From Candidatus Saccharimonadia bacterium (GTDB lineage: Bacteria > Patescibacteriota > Saccharimonadia > UBA4664 > JBBRNT01), in contig JBBRNT010000004.1 in NCBI GenBank assembly GCA_038230095.1, positions 20,448 to 84,447 of the forward strand: 64,000 nt of DNA, read 5' to 3'. Under the pieces are notes generated by a model. It was not told the DNA's origin. It ran no database searches and saw only the letters and a list, made by a program, of their open reading frames with translations. A program made the translations under genes and the position numbers. Of this stretch, positions 8,224 to 16,953 are shown piece after piece (position 1 is the stretch's first letter; each line of letters starts with the position of its first letter).

Positions 8224-9905
8224 AGCGCCTGCTTGCAGCCATTAGTTTTGCTCTTATTCTTGTCTCACCGGCCGTAGCTGCCGGCGAAGAGAGTATTCTC
8301 CGCTTTCACGACCAGGTATCCATCAGCCAGAACGGCGACACGGCCGTCACTGAGACCATTCTCTACAATTTCGGCACCACCACCCACCACGGCATTACCC
8401 GGTCTATCCCCACGCGTTACCAAGATAGCAATGGTAACAAGTACTATACCGACTTCACCCTAGTGAGCGTTACAGACGATAGCTTCGTCGCCATCCCGGC
8501 CACCCAGAGCCAGCAGGGCGACGGAGTAGAACTGAAGATAGGCGATACCCACACCACCGTTACCGGCCAGCACACCTACATTGTTACCTACAAGCTGTCC
8601 TCTATTATCCGTCCCGGCAATGGCATAGACCGGTTCGCCTTTAATGTCACGGGTAATAGCACCCTGGTTTCCACCGCTGAAGCCAGCGCCACGGTCACAC
8701 TGGATGGCCTCACGGTGGTGCCCTCGGCTACTCGTTGCTTTACTGGCATTGCAGGCTCTACCAGCTCCAATTGTACCGCCGGGCTCGACGGCAAGTTCGT
8801 CACCAATGCCTCCCTCAATGCCGCCGAGGGTCTGTCGATAGAGCTTGATTATCCCAAGGGTACCTTCAGCCAGTACGTTCACACTGGTGCACCGCCCACT
8901 CCCGCCTGGCAGCTCTGGCTCATCTACGCCGTCGGCGCCTACATTGTGTTTCTCACCCTGCTTCTGCTTTGGCCACTTGTGGGTGTCTACCGGACGCATC
9001 GCGAGAAGAAGGCGCAAACGGTAGTGGCACAGTACGAGGCGCCGGATGGTCTGAAGCCCGGTGAGCTTGGGATGGTAGCCGACAGCACCGTGAGCATGAG
9101 CGAGATTACCGCTACGCTACTAGACCTAGCGGTGCGTGGCTATATGAAGATAACCCAGCTCAAGGCCAAGTCACTGTTTGGGGCGGCTGAATACCGTTTT
9201 GACAAGCTGCGGGAGGGTACTGACCTGGCAGATTATGAAGCTCAGTTATTTAATACTATCTTTGTCGCTACGCCATCAGTGGAGTTGAAGAATCTAGATC
9301 GCACCGCCCTGTCCGTAGCTGTTACCGCCGTCAAAAAACAAATTCAGGCCCGCCTTGAGTCACTCGGCTACTTCCAGCAGCAGCCGATTAACTGGGTGTA
9401 TATGATTATGCTTATACTGCTCGCCCTACCGCTTTTGTTCGTTGCACCCCCCGTCGCCATTATAATTATTGTCCTCGCTTTTACCCTGGCTTCAATCGCC
9501 CGCATCTCCGACACTGGTATTGCCGAGTGGGCCAAGGTTCAGGGCTTTAAGCTATTTCTGACAGTTACGGAAGCTGATCGTCTGAAGTCTAGCGATGCGC
9601 CCAACAAAACCCCTGAGCTTTTTAATAAGCTACTACCGGCCGCCGTTGCGCTTGGCGTAGAAAAGGAGTGGGCCTCGCAGTTCGGCAATATGGATCTAGG
9701 CCAATCCACCAGCGGGTGGTACACCGGTGCCAATGGCAGCAGCTTTACCCCGGTGCTCTTCGCCTCCAGTCTATCGAGCGATTTCGGCAGCGCCGTGTCC
9801 AGTGGTTTTGCACCCGTCTCATCTGGTCGTGGCGGCGTCGGGGGCGGTGGCGGCGGAGGCTTCTCCGGGGGCGGTTTTGGCGGCGGCGGTACCGGTAGCT
9901 GGTAG
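8193..9905 (+). CDS. DUF2207-like membrane protein with Gly-rich C-terminal tail
   Basis: Signal peptide, large exodomain, TM, cytoplasmic region, two more TM, and a terminal GRGGVGGGGGGGFSGGGFGGGGTGSW tail characteristic of DUF2207/YciQ-like proteins. Start may be GTG 8220 overlapping the ftsB stop. Confidence 0.5.
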   Translation: MVELPSRPLVKRLLAAISFALILVSPAVAAGEESILRFHDQVSISQNGDTAVTETILYNFGTTTHHGITRSIPTRYQDSNGNKYYTDFTLVSVTDDSFVAIPATQSQQGDGVELKIGDTHTTVTGQHTYIVTYKLSSIIRPGNGIDRFAFNVTGNSTLVSTAEASATVTLDGLTVVPSATRCFTGIAGSTSSNCTAGLDGKFVTNASLNAAEGLSIELDYPKGTFSQYVHTGAPPTPAWQLWLIYAVGAYIVFLTLLLLWPLVGVYRTHREKKAQTVVAQYEAPDGLKPGELGMVADSTVSMSEITATLLDLAVRGYMKITQLKAKSLFGAAEYRFDKLREGTDLADYEAQLFNTIFVATPSVELKNLDRTALSVAVTAVKKQIQARLESLGYFQQQPINWVYMIMLILLALPLLFVAPPVAIIIIVLAFTLASIARISDTGIAEWAKVQGFKLFLTVTEADRLKSSDAPNKTPELFNKLLPAAVALGVEKEWASQFGNMDLGQSTSGWYTGANGSSFTPVLFASSLSSDFGSAVSSGFAPVSSGRGGVGGGGGGGFSGGGFGGGGTGSW

Positions 9906-9957
9906 TTGCGTAGGCCCCGAAGACGGTTCACAAATAAGGCTTAATTGGCGTCCCAGA

Positions 9958-9986
9958 TTGACCACAGGGCCAAAAACTGTTATATT
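9958..9986 (+). promoter_or_regulatory. sigma70-like promoter TTGACC-N17-TATATT driving tRNA-fMet
   Basis: -35 at 9958-9963, -10 at 9981-9986, 11 nt before the mature tRNA 5-prime end. Confidence 0.5.
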
Positions 9987-9997
9987 GGTTAACGCGA

Positions 9998-10074
<77 letters not shown>

Positions 10075-10113
10075 AGAAAAGTGGCTCACCATGAGGTGGG
10101 CCTTTTTTCTTGG
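10075..10113 (+). terminator. rho-independent terminator
   Basis: AAGAAAAG-TGGCTCACC-ATGA-GGTGGGCC-TTTTTTCTTGG. Confidence 0.7.
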
Positions 10114-10170
10114 CTAGATCCAGGTAGGATGCAGAACCGTAGGGAGCTGGTCGCATGCAACAAGACCACC

Positions 10171-10189
10171 AATCCTACCCCCGCTACCA
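10171..10189 (+). repeat. exact 19-nt direct repeat of the tRNA-fMet 3-prime end (AATCCTACCCCCGCTACCA), att-like scar
   Basis: Identical to 10056-10074, about 96 bp downstream of the intact tRNA. A shorter third copy AAATCCTACC lies at 10266-10275. Confidence 0.6.
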
Positions 10190-10353
10190 AAGCAATCTAG
10201 AAATCCAGCCGTACAAGCTGGTTTTTTTCGTACTGTGGACTGGCCAAGGCCACTAAAATACGCTAAAATCCTACCGTTACTGCTTATCACAGTATTTCTT
10301 GAACAGATATGCGAGCCAAACCACGCCGAAAGCTGGTTGGCGAGCTACGACGA

Positions 10354-10428
10354 GGCTGTGTAGCTCAGGGGTAGAGCAGAAGACTCATAAGCTTTTGGTC
10401 GTAGGTTCAATTCCTACCACAGCCACCA
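10354..10428 (+). tRNA. elongator tRNA-Met (CAT)
   Basis: GGCTGTGTAGCTCAGG...anticodon loop CTCATAA...CACAGCC-A-CCA. The 5-prime half resembles elongator metT (GGCTACGTAGCTCAG). Confidence 0.8.
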
Positions 10429-10465
10429 AGAAAAGAACCCGAAGCAATTCGGGTTCTTTTCTTGG
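10429..10465 (+). terminator. rho-independent terminator (GCAA tetraloop)
   Basis: AAAAGAACCCGAA-GCAA-TTCGGGTTCTTTTCTTGG. Same CCAAGAAAAG...CTTTTCTTGG frame as the tRNA-fMet terminator. Confidence 0.7.
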
Positions 10466-10579
10466 TGGTACTTGCGCTGTGAGCCTCCACCTGGCGTTTC
10501 TTAAGGTTACCCATCCTGATTATAAATTGCTCATGCTTAGCAATACTCTAATAAACCACCTCATAATTGTTCGATAAGT

Positions 10580-11158
10580 TAGCGTGTTGTCCAAAGCGGC
10601 TGCAAAATTATAGCTGTATCATAGTCATCACGTTCATGGAAACGTAAGCCCCCACGCACGTGAAACGAATGCAGTCTTCGGGCCGCAAAACGACACAGTG
10701 GTGGTCGTAAGTCTGCCACTGGCAGGGGAATAAGCGACCAGCTGACAGTGGCGCAAGCCAGGGCCAGCGAGGGTAAGTACCTTTCACAGTGTGACTCCTC
10801 CGGGTTGACGAAGGCAATACTGGGCGACGCAAGTCGCAACGTAGAGCCAGCGGACAGATCCGAAGCCAGTAGCAACTAGCGCGCAAGCGTCGGACGCCTC
10901 AGGTGAGAAGAAATGCTGTTAAAGAGCAGGAAATAACCGCCTTCGTAAGAAGGTTCTGATGCGGCCCTCGGGCTGCTAGGATACAGGGAAAAGCCTGTAA
11001 GCGCTCCTAGGGGCAACTGAAGTCGGGCGTCTCACAAGGACGACAGTCGTCAGCGGCAACAAAGATCGAAGTGCTTAGCTGGTAGAGTACCAACAATACC
11101 GGCCTACCGTTTTCTGAACTAGGGTCCCCGCGCAAGCGGGGACCCTACATCATTTTAT
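10580..11158 (+). ncRNA. candidate large structured RNA (unclassified), ORF-free with multiple GNRA hairpins and own terminator
   Basis: No ORF over 100 aa on either strand across roughly 600 bp. Plus-sense hairpins with GNRA loops: GGCGAC-GCAA-GTCGC, GCGC-GCAA-GCG, CCTTC-GTAA-GAAGG. Terminator AGGGTCCCCGC-GCAA-GCGGGGACCCT + ACATCATTTT at 11121-11158. RNase P and tmRNA consensus motifs not found. Confidence 0.3.
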
Positions 11159-11316
11159 CCACCATTTTTGCTATTGCATTACGCTTACGCTATTAACATA
11201 ATGAAGCTATGAAATGGATACAAACACCAAAGCTTGCTACCAGCAATTTGGCCTGTCTGCACCCAGCTCCGTCTCTAGTCACCACCCGGTGACTTTTTTG
11301 ATATTGAGAGGATACC

Positions 11317-11742
11317 ATGGCTCGTCGTCTGACCGATAAGGAAGTTGACGCAGCCCGCGCCGACCCCAGCTTTTGCCCTCGCCCTACCCGGGACTGGAAG
11401 TTCTCCCCCGCCGAATCCGAGGATTTTGTAGCTAGCATCCTGACCCAGCTCGGCATTGCCTACGAGCGAGAAGACTTGTTCTTCCCCACGCAGCGTGAGC
11501 AGCGACCACAGCTAGTCGAGCTGGGGTTCACTCCGGACTTTCGTTTACCGGACTATGAAGGCTGGTACATAGAGGTTACGACCCGAAAAGATCTCCAAGA
11601 AAAGAATGTGAAGGTTCACAACGCGCAGGCGATCTATGGCATTCGTATCTTACTGATCACGCGCCGGGAGCTTACACTTCTGTCCACCGATCCAGTAGCA
11701 CTCCTGTCGCTCCTACAGCTGCCTGTACCTGTGGCGGCTTAG
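11317..11742 (+). CDS. hypothetical protein
   Basis: 141-aa ORF with RBS GAGAGGA 6 nt upstream of the ATG. No recognisable motif. Confidence 0.45.
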   Translation: MARRLTDKEVDAARADPSFCPRPTRDWKFSPAESEDFVASILTQLGIAYEREDLFFPTQREQRPQLVELGFTPDFRLPDYEGWYIEVTTRKDLQEKNVKVHNAQAIYGIRILLITRRELTLLSTDPVALLSLLQLPVPVAA

Positions 11743-11770
11743 CCCCTCTTCCAAGTGAAGGGGGGTTTTC

Positions 11771-12313
11771 TTGCCTCCAATCATGCTCGCGTGGTACTCT
11801 ACTCCTCACGTTGCCGCATTGGGCGGCACGATTAGTATCGTCGAAAGGACGAGCTACATGACAAGTAGTGCTACAGAATTGGTGCTCGATGTGGGGCAAG
11901 ATATCCCGGGGGCTTTGGCCATGGCCATGGAGCTAGAGCGTCTCTACGGCAGGGGAGCCATTGAGCAGCTAGTGGGCCTTGGTCTAGTGGGACCACTGCT
12001 AGACGACTACGCGGGCCAGCTCTTCCGCTGCCCGCTGGAGGTCATGAAGGGGGTTCGAGACGGCAGCGCGGCGCAGTGGGTCATCTCTCACTACCAGACC
12101 GTCATCCGCGAGCATCACCAAGAAGCCACACTCATGACATCGCTATCCCAGCGTGAGTGGAGCATTGCCGAGGTCACGCGGCTTCTGGCCGACTTCACCG
12201 TCTGCCACCAGCAGGAGGGCACCGCACTCTGGATGGAGCTACGTCCGCCAGCAGCGCTCCACCCCAGCCGGGGCACCCACCCGCCGCACGCGTCCGAACT
12301 CCTGACGGCCTAG
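11771..12313 (+). CDS. hypothetical protein (more likely starts at ATG 11858 with RBS GAAAGGA)
   Basis: ORF 11771..12313. An internal ATG at 11858 has a much better Shine-Dalgarno. Followed by a strong terminator. Confidence 0.4.
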   Translation: MPPIMLAWYSTPHVAALGGTISIVERTSYMTSSATELVLDVGQDIPGALAMAMELERLYGRGAIEQLVGLGLVGPLLDDYAGQLFRCPLEVMKGVRDGSAAQWVISHYQTVIREHHQEATLMTSLSQREWSIAEVTRLLADFTVCHQQEGTALWMELRPPAALHPSRGTHPPHASELLTA

Positions 12314-12320
12314 CCGTCCT

Positions 12321-12357
12321 GCCCCGCTAGCACTCTGGTGCTAGCGGGGTTCTGCTT
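12321..12357 (+). terminator. rho-independent terminator (12-bp perfect stem)
   Basis: CCCCGCTAGCAC-TCTG-GTGCTAGCGGGG-TTCTGCTT. Confidence 0.6.
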
Positions 12358-12392
12358 ACCCGGCGTCAGCCAGTTTCTGCTACCATACAGCC

Positions 12393-13343
12393 ATGTCGGA
12401 ACACTCACTCACTCAGACTGTGGCCTGGCCTGGGGCCGGCCGCTACATTGTTGCTGTCTCCGGCGGCGTCGATTCAGTGTGTCTACTAGACCTGTTGGCG
12501 GCCCAGGCTAGAGCCCGGAGCTACGAGCTAATTGTGGCTCATGTTGACCATGCATTACGGCCAGACTCCGGCGATGACCAGGCGCTCGTGCGACAGGCTG
12601 CCAAGGATTACCACCTGCCCTTCATCACGACTACCTTGAGCCTGGGGGATACCAGCGAGGCTACCGCCCGTGCCGCCCGCTACAGCTTCCTCCGCCGAGT
12701 CATGGCAGAGCAGAAAGCCAGTGGCATCATTACGGCCCACACTCTAGATGACCAGCTGGAAACGCTGGTATTTGCCGCGCTCCGTACCCAGAGCGGGCGT
12801 GGGCTTCTGGGTATCCAATCAGGTGGGGAGTTGCTACGCCCATTACTAGCAGTCACGAAGGCGCAGCTAGTGGGCTACGCGCGGGAGCGCCAGCTAGTCT
12901 GGCGCGAGGACTCTACCAATGCTGAGACCCACTACGCTAGAAATGCCATCCGCCACCACTTCCTGCCCGCTGCCCTAGGGCACAATCCAGAGTTTGCCCA
13001 GACTGCGCACAGCGTCGTAGGTCAGTTGGCCACCACACGCCGGCAGCTTTGGGAGGCAGTAGGGCAGTGGCTTACGGTACATGCTACGCAGACACGCGCC
13101 GGACTGCAGCTCAATCGCCGCGCCGTACTCGCCCAGGACTTTGCCGTGGTGGCAGAGATAATTGCCCAGGCCACCGCCCGCCACTTCCCAGGCATAGAGC
13201 TAGCAGCAGAGCGCATCCAGGAAGCTGCCCGCTTTGCCAAAACTGCCCGCTCCGGTCGGGTGGAGTTGGGTCAGGCCCTGAGCCTCACTATTACCGGCCA
13301 ATTCATAACGCTTTCGATTGCCCGCCTGCCTCAGAACCGGTAG
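12393..13343 (+). CDS. tilS: tRNA(Ile)-lysidine synthetase
   Basis: PP-loop SGGVDS at the N-terminus (RYIVAVSGGVDSVCLL) and the TilS-type central and C-terminal regions. 316 aa. Confidence 0.88.
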   Translation: MSEHSLTQTVAWPGAGRYIVAVSGGVDSVCLLDLLAAQARARSYELIVAHVDHALRPDSGDDQALVRQAAKDYHLPFITTTLSLGDTSEATARAARYSFLRRVMAEQKASGIITAHTLDDQLETLVFAALRTQSGRGLLGIQSGGELLRPLLAVTKAQLVGYARERQLVWREDSTNAETHYARNAIRHHFLPAALGHNPEFAQTAHSVVGQLATTRRQLWEAVGQWLTVHATQTRAGLQLNRRAVLAQDFAVVAEIIAQATARHFPGIELAAERIQEAARFAKTARSGRVELGQALSLTITGQFITLSIARLPQNR

Positions 13344-13420
13344 AATAATCTGACTAGTTATATACGGCTCCCCAGGATAGAATTAGAAGCGAGTGCAAAC
13401 ATTGCTAGTGGAAGGTAAGT

Positions 13421-15319
13421 ATGAAGAAAACAACCCGCAAATTTTGGTTTTTAATCGGTGGTCTCCTCTTGGTGGCTGGGGCCTTAGTAGCTTTTGCTCC
13501 GCAGACCAAAACCGAGAAGGTTTCATTATCACAGGTCATTGAGGAATCAAAGAACGACAAGATCCAGCGCATAGAGGTCGACGGCCAGCAGCTGACCGTG
13601 ACCATGAAGGATCCGTCCGCTCCCAAGCAAATTGCTCAGAAGGAAGCCACGGCCAATCTGAAAGACTACGGCATTGACTATAGTAAGATCACTGTCGAGC
13701 CCAAGAGCGCCGACAGCACCAGCACCCGTATCTGGGATATGATCAGCATCTTCGGACCCATCCTGCTCATTATCGCCTTCTTCTATATTATGATGCGCCA
13801 GGCCCAGGGTTCTAGTAACCAGGCCATGAGCTTTGGTAAGTCCCGTGCCCGCCTTTTTGGCTCAGACAAGGAGCAGGTCACGTTCAAGGATGTAGCTGGT
13901 GCTGAGGAAGCCAAGCAAGAGCTAGAGGAGATTGTCGAGTTCCTGAAGTACCCAGCCAAGTTCGAGACCCTTGGCGCCAAAATTCCTAAAGGCGTTCTCC
14001 TCTTTGGCCCTCCCGGAACAGGTAAGACCCTCATGGCGCGTGCCGTGGCCGGCGAGGCTGGGGTGCCATTCTTCAGCATTTCCGGTTCAGAGTTTGTGGA
14101 AATGTTTGTCGGCGTCGGCGCTAGCCGTGTTCGCGATCTGTTCCAGAAAGCCAAAAAGAACTCCCCCTGCATTATCTTTATCGACGAGATTGATGCCGTC
14201 GGCCGCCAGCGCGGTACCGGTATGGGTGGCGGGCACGACGAGCGCGAGCAGACTCTCAACCAGATTCTGGTTGAAATGGACGGCTTTGAGCAGGGCACTA
14301 CCGTTATTGTCATGGCCGCTACCAACCGCCCAGACGTGCTCGACCCTGCACTACTCCGTCCCGGTCGTTTCGATCGTCGCGTTACCCTTGAGAACCCAGA
14401 CATGAATAACCGCAAGTCTATCCTGGAAGTGCATAGCAAGAATAAGCCGTTAGCAACCGATGTCGACTTCCTCACAATCGCCAAGAAGACGCCTGGTTTC
14501 TCCGGTGCGGACCTTCAGAATGTTATGAATGAGGCCGCCATCCTCGCCGCTCGTCTAAATCAAAAGAAAATCACCCAGAAAGACATTAGCACCTCGGTGG
14601 AGAAAGTTACGCTCGGACCGGAGCGCCGCAGCCACGTCATGAACACTGCCGAGAAGAAGATTACCGCCTATCACGAGGCCGGTCACGCCATTGTGGCTCA
14701 TCTTCTGCCCAATGCGCACCCTGTCCACAAGGTATCTATCGTGTCTCGTGGTTCCGCCGGTGGCTTCACCTGGCAACTACCTACTGAGGATCGCCATCTT
14801 AATAGCGTCTCAGAGTTCAAGGACGACATGGCCGTCATGCTCGGTGGCCGTATGGCCGAGCAGGTAGTCTTTGGCGAGATCACCACTGGTGCCTCCAATG
14901 ACCTCCAGAATGCCAACAGTCTAGCCCGCCACATGATCATGGACTATGGCATGAGCGACAAGCTGCGCAATCGTGTCTTTGGGACCCAGCACGATGCTAT
15001 CTTCCTTGGGCGCGATCTAGGCTCTGGCAAGGAGTACTCGGAAGAGGTGGCCAACACTATCGACACAGAGGTGGCCGCCCTCATCGATGAGGCTGCCGCT
15101 ACTGCTGAGCGCGTTATTACCAAAAACCGCGACAAGCTAGACAAGATTGCCAATCAGCTTATCAAGACTGAAACTCTCGAAGGCAAGGAGTTCTCAGACC
15201 TCGTTGGCCCAGGCAACAACAGCCGTGGTGGCGAAGAGGTCATCGCAGAGACCAAGGCTGCTGCCACCAAGCGCGCGGACAAGACCGGCAAAGACGCCGA
15301 AGTAACTGCCACAGCCTAA
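13421..15319 (+). CDS. ftsH: ATP-dependent zinc metalloprotease FtsH
   Basis: N-terminal TMs, Walker [20 protein letters not shown] zinc motif. Confidence 0.97.
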   Translation: MKKTTRKFWFLIGGLLLVAGALVAFAPQTKTEKVSLSQVIEESKNDKIQRIEVDGQQLTVTMKDPSAPKQIAQKEATANLKDYGIDYSKITVEPKSADSTSTRIWDMISIFGPILLIIAFFYIMMRQAQGSSNQAMSFGKSRARLFGSDKEQVTFKDVAGAEEAKQELEEIVEFLKYPAKFETLGAKIPKGVLLFGPPGTGKTLMARAVAGEAGVPFFSISGSEFVEMFVGVGASRVRDLFQKAKKNSPCIIFIDEIDAVGRQRGTGMGGGHDEREQTLNQILVEMDGFEQGTTVIVMAATNRPDVLDPALLRPGRFDRRVTLENPDMNNRKSILEVHSKNKPLATDVDFLTIAKKTPGFSGADLQNVMNEAAILAARLNQKKITQKDISTSVEKVTLGPERRSHVMNTAEKKITAYHEAGHAIVAHLLPNAHPVHKVSIVSRGSAGGFTWQLPTEDRHLNSVSEFKDDMAVMLGGRMAEQVVFGEITTGASNDLQNANSLARHMIMDYGMSDKLRNRVFGTQHDAIFLGRDLGSGKEYSEEVANTIDTEVAALIDEAAATAERVITKNRDKLDKIANQLIKTETLEGKEFSDLVGPGNNSRGGEEVIAETKAAATKRADKTGKDAEVTATA

Positions 15320-15353
15320 CTCTACCGCCCGAAGCGCGGTATAATACCTAGCA

Positions 15354-16949
15354 GTGGACAAACTAATAAACAAAGTAAATCGCCGTACCACCACCGGGGT
15401 TGCGGCCACGCTCATCTCTGTATCGTACCTGTTGAGCAGGGTACTTGGCCTGTTCCGTGATCGCGTTCTTGCGAGCCACTTTGGAATTGGACCACTGGCC
15501 GACGCCTATACAGCAGCCTTCCGCCTACCCGACCTGCTCTTCACCTTGCTTATTTCTGGCGCGCTGGCGGTAGCCTTTATCCCCGTCTTTGCCCACCTCG
15601 TTGAGAAGGATAAGGGCCACAGGGAGGCCTGGCAGCTAGCGAGCGATGTACTCAATCTCTGCCTTATTGCCACCGTCGTACTGGGGGTGCTCAGCGCCAT
15701 TTTCGCCTCACCCATCGTGCATTTAATCACGCCCGGCTTCGACCCAGCTCGGCATGATCTGACAGTTAAGCTCACCCGCATTATGCTGCTGACGCCAGTA
15801 ATCTTCGCGCTGTCTAGCGTATGGGGTAGCATTGCCCAGGCCTTTAACCGGTTTGTATTCTTTGCCATGGCGGGTGTTTTCTACAATGTGGGGATCATTG
15901 TAGGCATTGTTGTTTTTGGCCGCACGGGGTCCATAGAGGGCGTCGCGTGGGGTGTGGTAGTAGGCGCGCTGGCCCAGGCCACAGTTCAAGTGCTGGGCCT
16001 AGCTGGGCTTGGCTACCGCTACTCCCCGAAGCTGCACCTACGCAATCCAGAACTGTGGCGGGTAGTCGCCCTCATGATCCCTCGCTCAATCGACCAGGGT
16101 ATAGACCAGGTCAACTACACCGTCCAGACTATTGTCGGCTCTAGCCTAGCCACGGGCTCGCTCACCGCCTACTACTACGCCAATAATCTCAAGAACGTCC
16201 CGCTAGTACTCTTCGGTAGCGCTATTGCTACCGCAGTCTTTCCCACTATGGCCAAAGACGCCGCCGCAGGTCGGATAGATAAGCTCATAGAAGGCTTTGT
16301 AGCCAATATGCGTTTCGTGCTGTTTCTTATCATTCCAGCCGCCGCTGTCACCGTTATCCTCCGAGGCTACATTGTCCGACTGCTGTTTGGTTTTGGTAAT
16401 GCCATGACGGCCACGACCCTCGGCTGGTTTAGCGGCGCCATTGTCGCTACGAGCATATTCTTCCTGGTTACCAGAGTGTTCTACGCGCTCGAGGACTCCA
16501 AAACACCGCTCTATGTCAGCCTATTTGCCATCACCATCAATATTATGCTCAGCTTCGCCTTGGGCAGCCGCTACGGCGTAGCCGGTCTGGCCATGGCCCA
16601 GTCGATGGTGGCGGCTGCCGAGGTGCTCATCTTGCTGCTATTGCTGAGCCGTAAGCTACCGAGCATTGGCGGCGCCCAGATCTGGGCCGGCTTCTGGCGT
16701 ATTAGTCTAGCTACCGCCATTTCGGGGAGCGTCATGTACCTACTGGTGGTGCGCTCGCTGCCACTATACTTAAATGATCTGGGCTTTCTCAGTATTGGCC
16801 CTAAGTTTGCCCTTATTGCACTAGCGGGGTTGGTCAGTTATCTGGTACCATGCTACCTGCTACGGCTTCGTGAAGCCAAACTCTTCGTCGCCCGCTTCCA
16901 CGAACAAATACTCAAGCCTCTCAATATACTGAATCAACGAAACGACTAG
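15354..16949 (+). CDS. murJ: lipid II flippase MurJ (MviN)
   Basis: 14-TM protein, N-terminus SRVLGLFRDRVLASHFG...DAY.AAFRLP typical of MurJ. Confidence 0.9.
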   Translation: MDKLINKVNRRTTTGVAATLISVSYLLSRVLGLFRDRVLASHFGIGPLADAYTAAFRLPDLLFTLLISGALAVAFIPVFAHLVEKDKGHREAWQLASDVLNLCLIATVVLGVLSAIFASPIVHLITPGFDPARHDLTVKLTRIMLLTPVIFALSSVWGSIAQAFNRFVFFAMAGVFYNVGIIVGIVVFGRTGSIEGVAWGVVVGALAQATVQVLGLAGLGYRYSPKLHLRNPELWRVVALMIPRSIDQGIDQVNYTVQTIVGSSLATGSLTAYYYANNLKNVPLVLFGSAIATAVFPTMAKDAAAGRIDKLIEGFVANMRFVLFLIIPAAAVTVILRGYIVRLLFGFGNAMTATTLGWFSGAIVATSIFFLVTRVFYALEDSKTPLYVSLFAITINIMLSFALGSRYGVAGLAMAQSMVAAAEVLILLLLLSRKLPSIGGAQIWAGFWRISLATAISGSVMYLLVVRSLPLYLNDLGFLSIGPKFALIALAGLVSYLVPCYLLRLREAKLFVARFHEQILKPLNILNQRND

Positions 16950-16953
16950 TCTC

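Noticed and set aside
9780-9905. Gly-rich tail of the DUF2207-like protein as a separate glycine-rich repeat or low-complexity artefact
   Set aside because: It is in-frame with the upstream domain, and the Gly/Phe/Ser-rich terminus ending in W is a known feature of this protein family.
10299-10577. 92-aa ORF spanning tRNA-Met and its terminator
   Set aside because: It overlaps a well-formed tRNA and terminator hairpin, so it is not coding.
10580-11158. Tried to classify the ORF-free structured region as RNase P RNA or tmRNA
   Set aside because: I could not find the P4/CR-I (AGGAAAGUCCGGGCUCC) or CR-V (ACAGAANCCGGCUUA) consensus in either orientation with correct spacing. I also found no tmRNA 5-prime GGGG...UUCGAC or tRNA-like 3-prime GGUUCGA...CCACCA. 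It is kept only as an unclassified ncRNA candidate.
13783-14484. 233-aa antisense ORF inside ftsH, and similar long antisense ORFs inside dnaK (25936-26487, 26851-27168) and pilB (56635-57708)
   Set aside because: They lie entirely within and opposite to highly conserved genes. The Arg/Ser/Pro-rich composition is typical of GC-rich antisense frames.
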